NCBI GenBank assembly: GCA_052327205.1
Contig: CM126234.1
Coordinates: 32,302,001 to 32,366,000, forward strand
DNA length: 64,000 nucleotides
Direction of reading: 5' to 3'
DNA from: Somniosus microcephalus
Lineage: Eukaryota
Made by a program: the position numbers and the translations under genes
Notes under the pieces: model-generated
What the model was told of the DNA's origin: nothing
The model's input: only the letters and a program-made list of their open reading frames with translations
Database searches by the model: none
Shown: positions 51,324 to 64,000 of the stretch, piece after piece
How positions within the stretch are numbered: position 1 is the stretch's first letter
Layout: each line of letters begins with the position of its first letter

Positions 51324-54122
51324 AGCTGCAATGTGGTAACCTTTTAAGCACTGCTTAAAAAAACAGAAATGTTAAGGCAGGTGATGCTGACTACTTAGGT
51401 TCCTATTGTCTAAAAGGAGCCATATGCTATAATTCTGGCCTAACTAAGGCTTTCTAAACTAAAGGAAATAAATACATCACGGGATATCATAGCTGTGTGG
51501 ACACCCGATTCCAAATATAGCAATCCTGGCAAAATTAGGGGAAAAAGTTTTCAAATATCTCTTTTAAAATATAAAATTTGATAGCCAGACCTTACCTGCG
51601 CAAATAATTAAAATGGTTATACATAAAGCATTAACCGACTCCAGCGACCTAACTCAAACTGTCAGATTCAAAGGTCGTACTAATGTTTAGTCGTCACTTG
51701 CTCCTTTCTGACGGATGTTCCACACACAACTGGCAGTCCCGAGCAGCCTTGCCTTTATCACTGGCTGGAAGTGCAACAGTAGGCCAATTCTCATGGTCAG
51801 AGGACCAATCGTCAGTTGCAAAGCTCAAGAGCTAACTAATAGAGGATCTGTTTTCTGAGATTCTTAAAAAGCACATTCTTTCTGAAAGAGTTTCCCACGT
51901 GATAAACCCTTTGGTCAATGAAAATGGAGCAAACTGGAGTCAGCAAAGGACTTGTAATTCTCTCCTCCTCTAACCAGGCTGGAGCTGCTGATATTTTGAT
52001 TCAGTACCAGATTGTCCTGGCTCAGACAGCATGTAATATGTAGGAAAAAATGTATACATGAGGTTTGCTCCCAGCTGCCACTGATCAGCAGATTTAAGGA
52101 AAGACTTGTATTTATAAAGCAACTGATCACATCTCTCAAACATCTCAAAGCACTTCAGATACAGTGCCTGACTTTGAAGTGAGGCGACTGTTATGTAGGG
52201 ACAGGCAGCAGCCATTTTGCGTACAGCATGATCACACAAGCAGCAATGAGGTAAATGATTAATTAATTTGATTTTTTGGAGGTGATCTTGGTTGGGGGAG
52301 GAACATTGGCCAGAACACTGGAAAAACTCCCTGCGATGGAGCACAAAAATCGAGTGAGAAACACAGCCCCCCCCCCCCCCCCCGCGGGTTAGTCAACAAC
52401 TGAAAGACAAAGTTCGATGTCACTCTTCATGCTATTGGTGAAGTTGGTTAAGTGTTGTGCTTTCAGTTCACCAACATCTGGCGTACTGCAGGCTCAGTGT
52501 GATTGGCTTGCGTCTGATAAGAGTCCTACATGGAGAAATTTAAACAGAGATTACAAATATATAAAACTCAAGTGCTGCCGGAGGGAGCAAGATCGGGCAC
52601 AGGGTGCCAGTGATGATCATGTACTGTACACTCCGCAATGATATTCCTCAAATAACTGCCACACCAGTAATGTGCCCTGACCAGAAGCCACTGCAGGAAT
52701 TCCTGCACAACCAACCACAGGAAAAGTGCCTCCACTGGAAGATTTTCCAGCATGGTTTTTAATTTTTCCCCTCAAATGCTACCATAGGATTTTCCAAGTT
52801 GAAACAGTAGAAGGTACAGAGTATTCCTTCTTCTACACCATAATGGGACAAAATTACTAACATACTTTAAAGTGCCAATTTTTTTTAAAGCAGGTTTTGA
52901 TCTTGGGAAAACATGCATTGCAATTAAACAAGGATTTCTGAGTGATTATGGGGTAGTCCGATACATTTAATCTATAAAGCACTGTTACACTAAACATCAA
53001 TTATCCCTGACTCATATTCTAATCTATCCATCTTCTAGGCAGAATTAAACTCTTGGGTCTTGTGTCATACTTCTCTGTATTTTTGTAGTCAGACATCTGT
53101 ACTTTGGAGTTTACCGGTGTTACCTCATTAGGGATTTCAGGTAAATTTACATTTAACAAACAGGGTTAGCTACAGGAATGCCCCTTACTGTGCTGCATTT
53201 CATAGAATCATATAGCAAAGAAGGAGGCCATTTGACCCACTGTGTCTGTGCCAACAAGCATATATTATGTCTCAGAATTGCAGATTTTATAGGCATAACC
53301 CACTATTCCTCTCTAACCAGACTGCATCAACTTCTTCATTTTAAAAACTTCATTCACAACCCCTCTAAGTCTGCACTTATCTGAAGTAAATAAGCCTGAT
53401 TCTTGGAACCTGTCTACATAACTACTAAAGTTCAGTATCATCCAGGTAACCCTCTCCAAAGCCTCTGTATCCTTCACCATATTCGGGAACCAAATGCCTG
53501 TGAAACGTTCTTTAGAAACCATATTTCCTGGTAAAAGCAGCAAGAGTGTCATTTTGGGCCCACTGAAATGTTCTAGGAGCCTCACCTTACCCAGGTCTAA
53601 AACTTGACAGTAGGTTGGGGTTTGCAGGTTTTATTTTCAATGCAGGGAATCGAAAACTGGCTACCCCCAAAAGTGAACTGTCTGCCCGAACACTAAATAG
53701 GCGATCATAATACATAAACATCTCCTTTCTGATTCGATCAGACCCAAACTAAATGAAGCCCAATAAATGCGGTTGAGTGGAAAATGTATTAAATCCGGAT
53801 TCACTAGGATGCCACTGATGGGCGCCACAGCCAACACAAGCAGCTGGCTGTGAAGGGCCTTTGTGCATCTCCAAGATGCAAGCTTGGAAAAAGAAATACC
53901 AGAGGTGTTATGATGGCATGCGAGAGGAAAAGCTTCACAATAACATTTATTCCAACACATAGTGTGGTTCTCCAAAACAACATTACAACATGCTAAAGTA
54001 CACAGAAAGATCTCAACATAAAAATATTACAGTCCAAGCACTCCACTGTATTCTAGAGCGTGGTTCTCAAACAGGCCGATCTATTGAACGGTCACATAAT
54101 CTGAATGTTACACAGGGAGACA

Positions 54123-54556
54123 TCATGTCAGCTTGGCTCAGTTGGTACCACTCTTCTTCTATGTCAGAAGATTGTGGGTTCAATCTGCCACAGAACGTGG
54201 GCACAGAATCTGGATTGACACTTCAGTAGAGTGCTGCTTTATCAGAGGCATTGCCTTTCCAATGAGAAGTTAAACCAAGGCTCCATCTCCCTGTTCAGCT
54301 GGACTTTAAAGATTCCCCAGCACTATTTGAAGAAGAACAGGAGTTTGCCCAGTGCCCTGGCCAATGTTCCAGCTTCACCCAACATCTCCCAAAACAAACA
54401 GATTAACTGATCATCTATTTTATTGGTGTTTATGGGATGTTGCTGGTGCAGAATTGGTTGCTATATTCCCCAACATAATAAGCCATGCACTCCAAAACAA
54501 CTGTGTAAAGTGCATTCAGCTTACTCGAAAATGTGATGAGGAACTGTATAAATCCA
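54123..54556 (+). mobile_element. Diverged Deu-domain SINE
   Basis: tggctcagttggta head plus degenerate Deu core. Confidence 0.65.
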
Positions 54557-54581
54557 AGTAATATTATACAGGAAGTTATCT

Positions 54582-54774
54582 TGATGTGGAGATGCCGGTG
54601 TTGGACTGGGGTGGACAAATGTAGGAAGTCACACAACACCAGGTTATAGTCCAACAGCTTTATTTGAAATCACAAGCTTTCGGAGCTTCACCTGACGAAG
54701 GAGCAGCGCTCCGAAAGCTTGTGATTTCAAATAAAGCTGTTGGACTATAACCTGGTGTTGTGTGACTTCCTACA
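54582..54774 (+). mobile_element. Palindromic Penelope-like non-autonomous insert
   Basis: 67-bp perfect inverted arms at 54620-54686 and 54708-54774; flanking direct repeat tacaggaagttatct (54567-54581, 54771-54785). Confidence 0.8.
54688..54724 (+). ncRNA. Minimal type-I hammerhead ribozyme motif (Penelope-associated)
   Basis: TCAC-CTGACGA-A-GGAGC(AGC)GCTCC-GAAA-GCTT-GTGA. Confidence 0.6.
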
Positions 54775-56232
54775 GGAAGTTATCTGTTCACTATCAGTTT
54801 GCATTCAGCCACTTCTCTAGTGATTGCCATCTAATTTGGATTACATGAGCCAGCCCCTGGCATTTATGCTGTTAAATCAATTTCCTGGAGGGCAGCGGCA
54901 AACCTGTAGACCCAGGGAAAAACTGCGTTAGAAATCTGGCACCGGTGTACGGAAACCCGATTTAACAACATAAACATGGAGAGCCAGCTCATGGTGCTGG
55001 GCTCACAGAATCTAAACAACCAATATAAAAGCTTATAGTGCTCTTTTGAAGCACGTTCTATGCTTTAAAACTGCTCGATTGGGACAGCCGAGGAATAAGC
55101 ATTCTCCACAAAGCTTTACCTGATGTGGGACTGCAAATGTAGGCTGTAGGCAGTGCTCTCCATTCATAATGGCCCACATTGTCTCAAACACTTTGACCCC
55201 CTCCCAACACCACTGTGAGTTTACTTCTCAGTGGAGCTCCTTCCTGTTTGGGACATCAAAACATGGCTTAAGATGATTCTGGTCACTTCAACAGTCATGA
55301 AAAGCTGCTCCTGATATTTGAGCAGCCTTTTATTGCTCAATCACCTGGCTTCTGATAGAAAGAACCTCGCTAGTGAAATTGTTGCGTGAAAAAAAAAAAC
55401 ATTTTTCCTTATAAAACACTAACTGTATTGTAACTTTAAAAAAAAAATTCTCGGGATATGGGCGTCACTGGCAAGACTGGCATTTATTGCCCATCACTAC
55501 TTGCCCTGACTGAGTGGCTTGCTAAATCACTTCAGAGGGCAGTTAAGAGTTAATCAAATTGGTGTGTGACTTGGAGTTACATATAGGCCAGATGATTAGT
55601 CCAGGCCTCTAGATTATTAGTCCAGTAACATAACAACTACACTATTGTTACTGTGTCCGCTGATACAAGTGTACCAATGTTACAATACATGAGCTGAAAA
55701 CTTGCACCAGTTGGCCCAGAGAGACAAGAATGTCCCTGAGACTGTCAGTCTAAGGGTTAAAGCTTGATAAACAAACACCTGACTGATCTCTGGCAAATTA
55801 TTTACACTTATCTTCCTTTGCAACATTTATGATTATGTCACAGTACAGTGGAATGCACCTCCCTTTTATCTGACTGCCTTACATTATCTGATGCATTTAG
55901 GTTTGTCTGCTCCTGTGCAGAGTTGGGTGTGGTCTCCGCCAGTAGGCGAAGACATTCCACGTCTCTCAGTGTTTCCTGTTTGTGAAGCAAGTCTTAGAAT
56001 CATAGAATTTTAAAGTGCTTAAGGAGGCCATTTGACCCCTCATGTTGTGCTGGCTCTCAAAGAGCAATCCATTTCATCCCATTCCCCTGCCTTCTTCCCA
56101 TAATCTTTAAAAATTTTATTTTTAAAATATCCACTTCCCTTTTAAAATCTAGTATGAGTTCAGTTTCCCCCACTGTTTCTGGTAGTGCATTTCAAATCGG
56201 AACAACCCCGTGTAAAAGAAAATTCTCCTCAT

Positions 56233-56672
56233 ACTCTCACCTGAGTCAGAAGGTTGTGGGTTCAAGTCCCACTTCAGAGACTTGAGCACAAAATCCAGGC
56301 TGACACTCCAGTGCAGTACTGAGGGAGTGCTGCACTGTCGGAGGGGCAGTGCTGAGGGAGTGCTGCACTGTCGGAGGTGCCGTCTTTCAGATGAGACGTT
56401 AAACCGAGGCCCCGTCTGCTCTCTCAGGTGGATGTAAAAGATCCCACGGCACTATTTTGAAGAAGAGCAGGGGAGTTCACCCCAGTGTCCTGGCCAATAT
56501 TTATCCCTCAATCAACATCACTAAAAACAGATTATCCAGTCATTATCACATTGCTGTTTGTGGGAGCTTGCTGTGCGCAAATTAGCTGCTGCATTTCCTA
56601 CATTACAACTACACTTCAAAAGTACATCATTGGCTGTAAAACACAGAGACATCCTGAGGTCGTGAAAGGTGT
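56233..56672 (+). mobile_element. Deu-domain SINE with 2 copies of the 33-bp unit
   Basis: Same family as 9030 and 15221. Confidence 0.85.
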
Positions 56673-56875
56673 TCTTAAAGAACCCATATCTTTCTAGGCG
56701 ACTATATTTTATCCTGTGTTATAGCCTCTCGAAGCTTACCCAACACCAGTGTTGGGATGATTGGTGTGCAGTAAACTGGTTTATCCCTTTTTTGCACAGA
56801 TGTATTATTTTAGTAACTCTCCAGTCTTCTGGCACAACTTCCATATCCAAGCATGTTTAGAAAGATTGTGGTCAG

Positions 56876-59800
56876 TGTAATGATATCAGCAAATAGTGAT
56901 GGTATTTGCCTGTTTGATTATTTATGCCGTACCAGCATATTTGCCTGATTGATTATTTATGCCTGACCAGCAGAGGGCATGTGAGAGACAAGCAGTTTAG
57001 TTTTAGTTTTGTTTTAGATGGATCTCTAAGATGGTGTCTCCTGTAATGCTGTTAACTGAGTTGAACATACTTTAGATAAAAAGACAAGCTCTTTCATGAA
57101 TGTGTCGTCATTGAACCCACATACAAATCAATACATGATGTCAGAAGGGATTGAAAGAGATGAAGAGGAAAAATCTGAAGTTAAATCAGCTCTCCACATA
57201 TTAGCAAGCCAAAAGAGAACATCGTTACTTACCATTGGAGAATAGCTAACGAAGTGAAAAAATGGTAGGATTACACCCACCGGCGAAGCTTCAGTTGACA
57301 GGTAATGTGGCTGAAAGTTGGAGGAGGTTCAAACAACGTTTGGGGTTGTATTTAGCGGCAATCGGAGCCGACGAGAAAAGTGATAAAATGAAAGCGTCAG
57401 TGTTCTTACATGTCGTGGGTGATGAAGCGCTGGAGGTGTATAATAACTTCACATTCGCTGCTGAGGGAGACAAAATGAAGCTGGATAAAATAATGGAACA
57501 GTTTGAGGCCTACTGCATACCTAAACGTAACGTGACGTTTGAGAGGCACAGATTTTTCACATGTGTACAGAAAACGGGAGAGACTATTGATCAGTATGTG
57601 ACTGAACTGAGAAACAGAAGCAAAACGTGTGAATTTGGAGGACTGACAGACTCGCTGATAAAAGACAGACTGGTGTGTGGTATTCCAGATAATGGTCTAA
57701 GGGAAAGACTGCTAAGAGAGCAAAATTTAGACCTGGGAAAAGCCATAGCACTGTGTAGGGCTGCAGAGATTGTGAAGTCGCAGGCAAAGGAGCTGTTCAG
57801 TGACAGTAGCTGCAACGTGGATGCAGTGAGTAAGAACGGACACAAACCGTTTTACAAAAAGAGCGCCAATGTGGAAAAAGAGGCGTGGTCAGTGAACAAA
57901 AATGAAAGGGGCAATCGAAAGTCATGTAGTCGATGCGGTACACAGCATCCACCAAAAAAGTGTCCAGCATATGGTAAAAAATGCAATAGTTGCAACAAAA
58001 ACAACCATTATGCCGGTTGCTGTAAGAACCAAGCGCAACAAAGCAAGGTCCATGCAGTAGATGAAAGCAAGATAGAGGAGTTCTATGTGGATGTTGTGTC
58101 TGAAAACAAAAAAGAAAAAAGAGACTGGATGTTGACACTAAAAGTGAATGACATACACATTCCATTTAAATTGGATACTGGAGCACAAGTTAATGTGATA
58201 TCAGAGACTGATTTTAAGAAAATTAGACCCAGACCAAAGATACATGGAATAAAAGTGAAAGTGACAGGATACTCAGGTACTGATATACCAGTGAAAGGAA
58301 AATGCATTGTCAAAGTGACACACAAGGACAGAGAGCACACGCTAGCATTAATCGTGGTGCCAAAGGATGTGCAAGCCATACTAGGTTTAATAGCCTGTGA
58401 GAGACTGAACCTGGTAAAGAGAGTCCTCGTTGTGGAAAGCGAAGGAGGGACAGTCTATGATGAACTCATGAAAGAGTACAACGACCTATTTCAGGGTCTA
58501 GGCTGCCTTCCAGGAGAACACACGATCAGAGTAGATAAAAGTATGCCAACGGTCATACATCCATGCAGAAAAGTTCCGTTTGCTCTTCAAAAGCAACTGA
58601 AGGCAGAGTTGGACAGGATGGAAAGCCTGAACATGATTCAGAAGATAGATGAGCCAACTGAGTGGGTGAGTTCCCTCGTCGTTGTGGACAAAAAGAATGG
58701 TAAGCTCAGAATTTGCCTGGATCCAAGAGATCTAAACAGAGCAATAAAGAGAGAGCACTTCAAGCTTCCTACACGTGAGGAAGTCATGTCACAGTTTGCA
58801 AATGCAAAGTATTTCAGCAAGTTAGATGCATCATCAGGATTTTGGCAGATGAAACTGGACGAGGCAAGTTCAAGACTGTGCACGTTCAACAGTCCATTTG
58901 GCAGATACAGATTCCTAAGGTTACCATTTGGCATTGCCTCAGCTCCTGAAGTGTATCACAAAACTATCCATATGATCTATGAGCACCTGGAGGGAGTTGA
59001 TACATCAATGGATGACATCATAGTATGGGGAACCACAAGAACTGAGCATGACGAGAGACTGAAAAAAGTGCTGGAAGCAACAAGGAAAACAAACCTGAAG
59101 CTGAATAGAGAGAAATGCCAGCTCGGGGTGACAGAACTGACATTCGTGGGAGATATCCTTAGCAGTGAGGGCATCAGACCAGATCCCAGAAAGGTGTCCG
59201 CCATTGAGAATATGCCAAAGCCACAATGCAAAAAGGACGTGCAGAGGTTTAATGGAATGATCAACTACATGGATAAATTCATATCCAACCTCTCAGAAAA
59301 GATGTCGCCACTGAGACGACTAACTGAAAAGAACATAGAATGGGAATGGAATCATGAGCATGAGAAGTCATGGAGCGATCTAAAGAAACTGCTCACAGAG
59401 GAACCAGTTCTGAGGTTTTATGACCCAGCGAGACCCATCAAGATATCATCAGATGCATCACAGAGTGGGCTCGGTGCCGTTCTTCTGCAAAAATATGACT
59501 ACTGGCAACCTATTGCATATGCATCGCGCTCAATGACAGATGCGGAGACGCGATATGCTCAAATAGAAAAGGAACTGCTCAGCATCACATACGCCTGTGA
59601 AAGATTTCACCAGTTTGTGTCAGGACAAGCAATCAGTGTAGAGACTGACCATAAGCCCTTGATTGCATTGTTCCAAAAGCCACTAAATGGATGTCCGCTT
59701 AGAATACAAAGAATGATGATCAGGCTGCAACGCTATACACTGAATGTTGCGTACACACCGGGTAAGCTGATGTATACAGCAGACACGTTGTCCAGAGCTG

Positions 59801-61615
59801 TTGACCCAAGAGAGCCCGCAAACACCAAAATGGATGAAAAAGTGAACGCCTACGTGGACATGATCACAAGTGCACTGCCCATAGCAGATGCAAAAATGGA
59901 GCTCATAAAGACTGAGACAAACAAAGATGAAACACTGAGACGACTGAGGAAAAGCATCTTGGATGGATGGCCCAACATGAAGCAAGACCGCTCACCTGAC
60001 ATGGCAGAGTACTGGAACTGCAGGGCAGAACTATCAGTGGTCGAAGACATCATCTACAAAGGAAGTAAAATAGTTATCCCAGAGTCTGAGAAAAGAGATG
60101 CTAAAAAGGATCCATGGAGGACATCTGGGAATCGAAAAGTGTAAGAAAAGAGCACGAGAGGTGATGTACTGGCCACGAATCAACCAAGATGTGACAAATG
60201 AGGTCAAACTGCACAATATGCCTGAAATATCGAGCAAGCAATCCGGTAGAACCACTAAAGCCACACCCAGCGCCAGACAGACCTTACCAGAAGGTAGGCG
60301 CTGACCTATTCGTATGTCAAGGGAAGGACTATCTTGTAGTCACAGACTATTCCCTGTATCCAGAGGTTTGTAGACTGTACACCACCACTGCAGATGCTGT
60401 GATAACATGTATGAAAGCCATATTCTCCAGCCATGGCGTGGCAAGCGAGGTCTTCACAGACAACGGACCCCAGTTTTACAATGCAAGTTTCCGACACTTT
60501 GCCAAAGAGTGGGACTTTGTCCACACAACGTCAAGTCCTCACTTTCCACAGTCCAATGGACTAGTGGAAAAATCGGTCCAGACAGTGAAAAGACTGATGT
60601 ACAAGGCAAAAGACAGTGGAACTGACTTCTACCAGAGCATGCTTGTATACCGCACAACGCCGCTCGAGTGTGGTATGTCACCAGCCCAACTCCTTATGGG
60701 ACGTCTGCTAAGGTCAAACCTACCCATCCCGGAGAACCTCCTGAAAACAAAAGAGGGGGAGAAAGTGAGGAAGTTCAAAGAACAACAGAAAGAAAAGCAA
60801 AAGTACTACTATGACAGAGGAACACAAAACCTACCTGAACTCCACACTGGTGACCAAGTAAGGTTCAAAGACAAAACAAACATATGGACTCAGAAGGGAA
60901 CTGTCCTGAGTGAAGTCCAACCAAGATCATACACCATTCAGACAGATGAGGGTGCTGTTCTGCGAAGAAATCGTCGAGATCTTCTCATGGGACCAGCCAC
61001 AGCAAGTCAAAAGACTGATACTGTTGAACAACCTGATCACACAGCTGAGAAACCATCATCTGAGGCAACAACTCAGATTCAAGGACAATCAATCAGAAAA
61101 TCCTCAAGACGCGTGAAGCCTCCGGAGAGACTCATTGAGCAAATTTAAGGACTCTTGTTATAGAAGGAAGTAATGTTATCTTATTCTCTTCAAGTTTTAG
61201 TGTATTTACATATTTCATGTGAACACACAAAACAAGGTTAAAAAACCTTGATAATGATAATGTAAGTTCATTAATTGTTAGTTAAAATGCAGAGTAATAC
61301 AAAGAAAACATGTTGTTAGATAAAAGTAAAATACTTTTGTTTTAAGAAAGGGAGATGTAATGATATCAGCAAATAGTGATGGTATTTGCCTGTTTGATTA
61401 TTTATGCCTTACCAGCATATTTGCCTGATTGATTATTTATGCCTGACCAGCAGAGGGCATGTGAGAGACAAGCAGTTTAGTTTTAGTTTCGTTTTAGATG
61501 GATCTCTAAGATGGTGTCTCCTGTAATGCTGTTAACTGAGTTGAACATACTTTAGATAAAAAGACAAGCTCTTTCATGAATGTGTCGTCATTGAACCCAC
61601 ATACAAATCAATACA
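56876..61615 (+). mobile_element. Gypsy LTR retrotransposon, full length and recently inserted
   Basis: 260-bp LTRs at 56876-57135 and 61356-61615 (2 mismatches), TSD GTCAG, PBS tgAtgtcagaag (tRNA-Leu-like), PPT aagaaagggaga. Confidence 0.97.
57262..61148 (+). pseudogene. Gypsy gag-pol (Gag, CCHC, PR, RT, RNaseH, IN) with two frameshifts in the integrase N-terminus
   Basis: LDTGA; LDASSGFWQ/LPFG/SMDD; DAS..YAQIEKE..TDHKPL; HGGH..CTIC, TDNGPQF, SNGLVE. Frame breaks at ~60081 and ~60203. Confidence 0.93.
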
Positions 61616-61619
61616 GTCA

Positions 61620-62450
61620 GAGCATCTGCTATTCCATCTCGGACTTCCCTGAGCATTCTGGCACGTGGCCAGCAGAGCAGTGTCTTACCCACTTTTAGTT
61701 CCATTTTTCCAACACTGCATCCTTATCTTTGTTATCTTATCTAATTACTGCACCTCCTCCTCTGTACACTTTCATTGCCATTGCTAACTCTCGAAAACCA
61801 AAGTCCTCATTTAGTACCTCTGCCATCCCTTCATCCTCCAAGATTTCCTTTGACATTTTCAATATCCTCTTTTACATCTTTATAAAATTCTTTACCATTT
61901 CCCTTTGTTTCCTGCCAGTTTTTCTTCATAACCCCTGAGCCATTCTAATCTTTGCTTTCCCTCTCGATTTGACTTGATTTTATTTTGTATTAACCTTAGA
62001 TTGGTCAGATGCCTCATTTTAATTTCTCTTCTCATCCAATGAACTCCAGCTTTTGACACACCCCCCATTTTACTTGTGGGAATCTATCTGGTCTGTACCC
62101 TAATTGTCTCCAGTTTAGACATTTCTCATGGTTTGTGTATGGTTCTATTTGCCAATATATCTGGGCTACCTCCCCTTTTAACATTGAAATTAGCTCCAGT
62201 AAAGTATATTTATCATTGACTGTACCCTCTCCTTTTCAGTTTTTATATCCAACCTAATTAGGTTCTGGTCACTGTGTCCCAGATATACCCCTACCCTTAC
62301 CTTGCCAACTTGCCCCACTTAATTTCCCAACACTGCCTCCTTCCTTCCTTATTGGTCTAAAAACAATTATCTGGAAAGCAGTCCTTGCCACATTGTCGAA
62401 ACCTCCTCCTCCTCACCCCTGACATTACCTCGACCCAAGTCTTATCTTTG
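61620..62450 (-). mobile_element. Degraded CR1-like LINE ORF2 fragment
   Basis: Pyrimidine-skewed sequence with endonuclease-region-like remnants; resumes sequence from before the Gypsy insertion. Confidence 0.45.
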
Positions 62451-62459
62451 GATAACGAG

Positions 62460-63110
62460 TTATTAGAGAAACGCTGCCGGTTCAGGTGGTGACATGGGAC
62501 TTGTCACTTAGTGGGACCACCTCAATATGGAGCTGCAGCAGCTGGAAATAGATAAACAGGGGGAAGAGGTTCGGAAGCTGGGGGGCGATCCGCGAGCAGG
62601 GCGGAATAGACTCTCACTGTACGAGAGGGTCGTGCGTAAGTTGCATCTTACAGAGCCCGTGTCGGTGCAGATTTAAAAAGGAGAAAGCTGCGAATTCTGA
62701 TCCCTCTTAAAAGAGATTTGGTGCCAATGATGCGGGTGCAGCAGATCACCAAGTGCTCAAGCACCAGCGATCCAGTGGATCCCTGCCCGCCCCCCACAGA
62801 ACCGAACCCCTCGAGCCCTTGCGGCTCCCGGCCACGCTCCAGCCCGTCAACTCCAATCTTTGCCCCGGCTTCGGTACTCACGAGTCCGCGGCCCGTTTCC
62901 CCGTGCGTCCGCTGGAGGCTTCGCTTCCACGCTGAGCCGCCGGGAGAGGGCGGAATCTGCACTTGCAGGGGGCGGGAAAAACTTCAACCCCGTCTGTTTA
63001 TTCTCTCTCTCCCGCCCAGAGTCTGTCACAATCCCTCCCCCTTCCGATCCTTGGGCTGACTGCGAGGGCGGGTCCGGGAGGCCCAGTCACGGTGCCAGCC
63101 CAGTTCAGTG
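62460..63110 (-). promoter_or_regulatory. CpG-rich island, candidate INPP1 promoter / non-coding first exon
   Basis: Abrupt GC and CpG enrichment with GC-box-like GGGCGG motifs, upstream of an INPP1 coding exon that begins with a splice acceptor. Confidence 0.45.
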
Positions 63111-63304
63111 CTCTTTAAAGGGCCCGCCAGTGAATAATCCGAGAAAAGGACAAGAAGGGGAAAAAACAGACATGGAGGAGATTTGCTGCCAGGGGGTTAA
63201 ACAGTGCGCCCAGTACAAATTCTCCAGCTCTCTCAGCAGCCACTTCAAATGGCACATTCGATCGGAGAGAGTGGTCCTTGGGTCTCCACAGACTCATTCC
63301 TCCC

Positions 63305-63504
63305 TCTTTTTAATTGCCAATTAGGATGACCATTAATCAAGGATCAAATGAACAAAAAGTGCCCCTTTTGAAAAGGGCACAAACAATAAACTCCAAACCA
63401 CGAGTAAAACGAAAGGAAACCTAATAAGCCAAATCATAACATTATTCTCTGTGTCTATAATGAACTCCAGTCCCTCCGATGCCCACTGGTCATATGAAGG
63501 CCCC
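63305..63504 (-). mobile_element. Tx1/L1-like LINE 3' end, interrupted by an LTR element
   Basis: Minus-frame DQWASEGLEFIIDTENNVMI resembles Tx1-type ORF2 C-termini, followed by a 3'UTR hairpin gtgccc...ggggcac. Confidence 0.5.
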
Positions 63505-64000
63505 TGTAAAGTCTGTGGGTTGTGCAGTTAATTACGACACAGACTTCAGGAGTAACATACAACAGGACTTTACTATTTGAAGGTCAGGGCGAATCTGCCC
63601 AATAAATCATGCCACAGCACTTATATACCGGTGTGGTCACCGTCGGTATTACCGTATACAGAAGCCAAACAAGTAGTGCCACACCTAAAATAGTTCTCTT
63701 AAAGGTGAACGGTTACATACAATAATCTCTTAAAGGTAGACGGTTACATACACTACAATCCTCCCTTTTTAGCTTACAACATACTTACTCCCCATTAAAC
63801 AGAATATATACATTCAACTTCATGTAAAACAATTTACAGATATAGTCTCTGCGGGAAACAGTTCACAGGTTCTTCATGTAAAACAAATTACAGATATAGT
63901 CTCTGCGGGAAACAGTTCACAGGTTCAGTCTCTGTGGGAACAATTCACAGATTCAGTCTCTGGTCTTGACTCGGTCCGAACAACATCTCTGTGGTGTAGC
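63505..64000 (-). mobile_element. 3' LTR (63505-63757), PPT and 3' internal region of a second member of the chimeric element family; runs off the window
   Basis: Roughly 90% identical by eye to LTR 45979-46233; same PPT; colinear with 46234-46457. Confidence 0.93.

Noticed and set aside
56876-61615. Neighbouring Gypsy as the helper for the chimeric element
   Set aside because: Unrelated LTR sequence, different PBS (Leu versus Ser) and a frameshifted integrase.
62648-63324. Pro/Arg-rich ORFs
   Set aside because: Expected from CpG-island base composition; no family motif.

Overview
Vertebrate nuclear DNA, most likely from a cartilaginous fish (inferred from Deu-domain SacSINE1-like SINEs, CR1 tails and Penelope-type repeats). 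Two convergent genes are present. PAN2 (+) is 5'-truncated, with 18 phase-consistent coding exons from 2121 to 31472 and a tentative terminal exon near 34.2 kb. INPP1 (-) has a complete 5-exon CDS, 51323->40837 (374 aa). The 5' part of INPP1 holds three Gypsy LTR elements. (1) A young 5,055-bp element (45979-51033, ATTAC target-site duplication, LTRs differing at 2 of 255 nt) whose single ORF encodes Gag, zinc knuckles and protease. In place of RT/RNaseH/integrase it carries an in-frame, intron-less mosaic of host-protein fragments: STK10-like, RAI14/UACA-like, EVI5, ANKRD24-like and a DNAJC21-like Zn finger. This is the most notable system in the window. (2) A near-complete gag-pol Gypsy (56876-61615) with two frameshifts. 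(3) The 3' end of a second copy of the family in (1), from 63505. Also seen: a palindromic Penelope-derived insert with a minimal hammerhead ribozyme core, an inverted duplicate of an INPP1 splice donor, hAT MITEs with 8-bp TSDs and two minisatellites. Protein assignments come from recalled sequence similarity, not from database searches.
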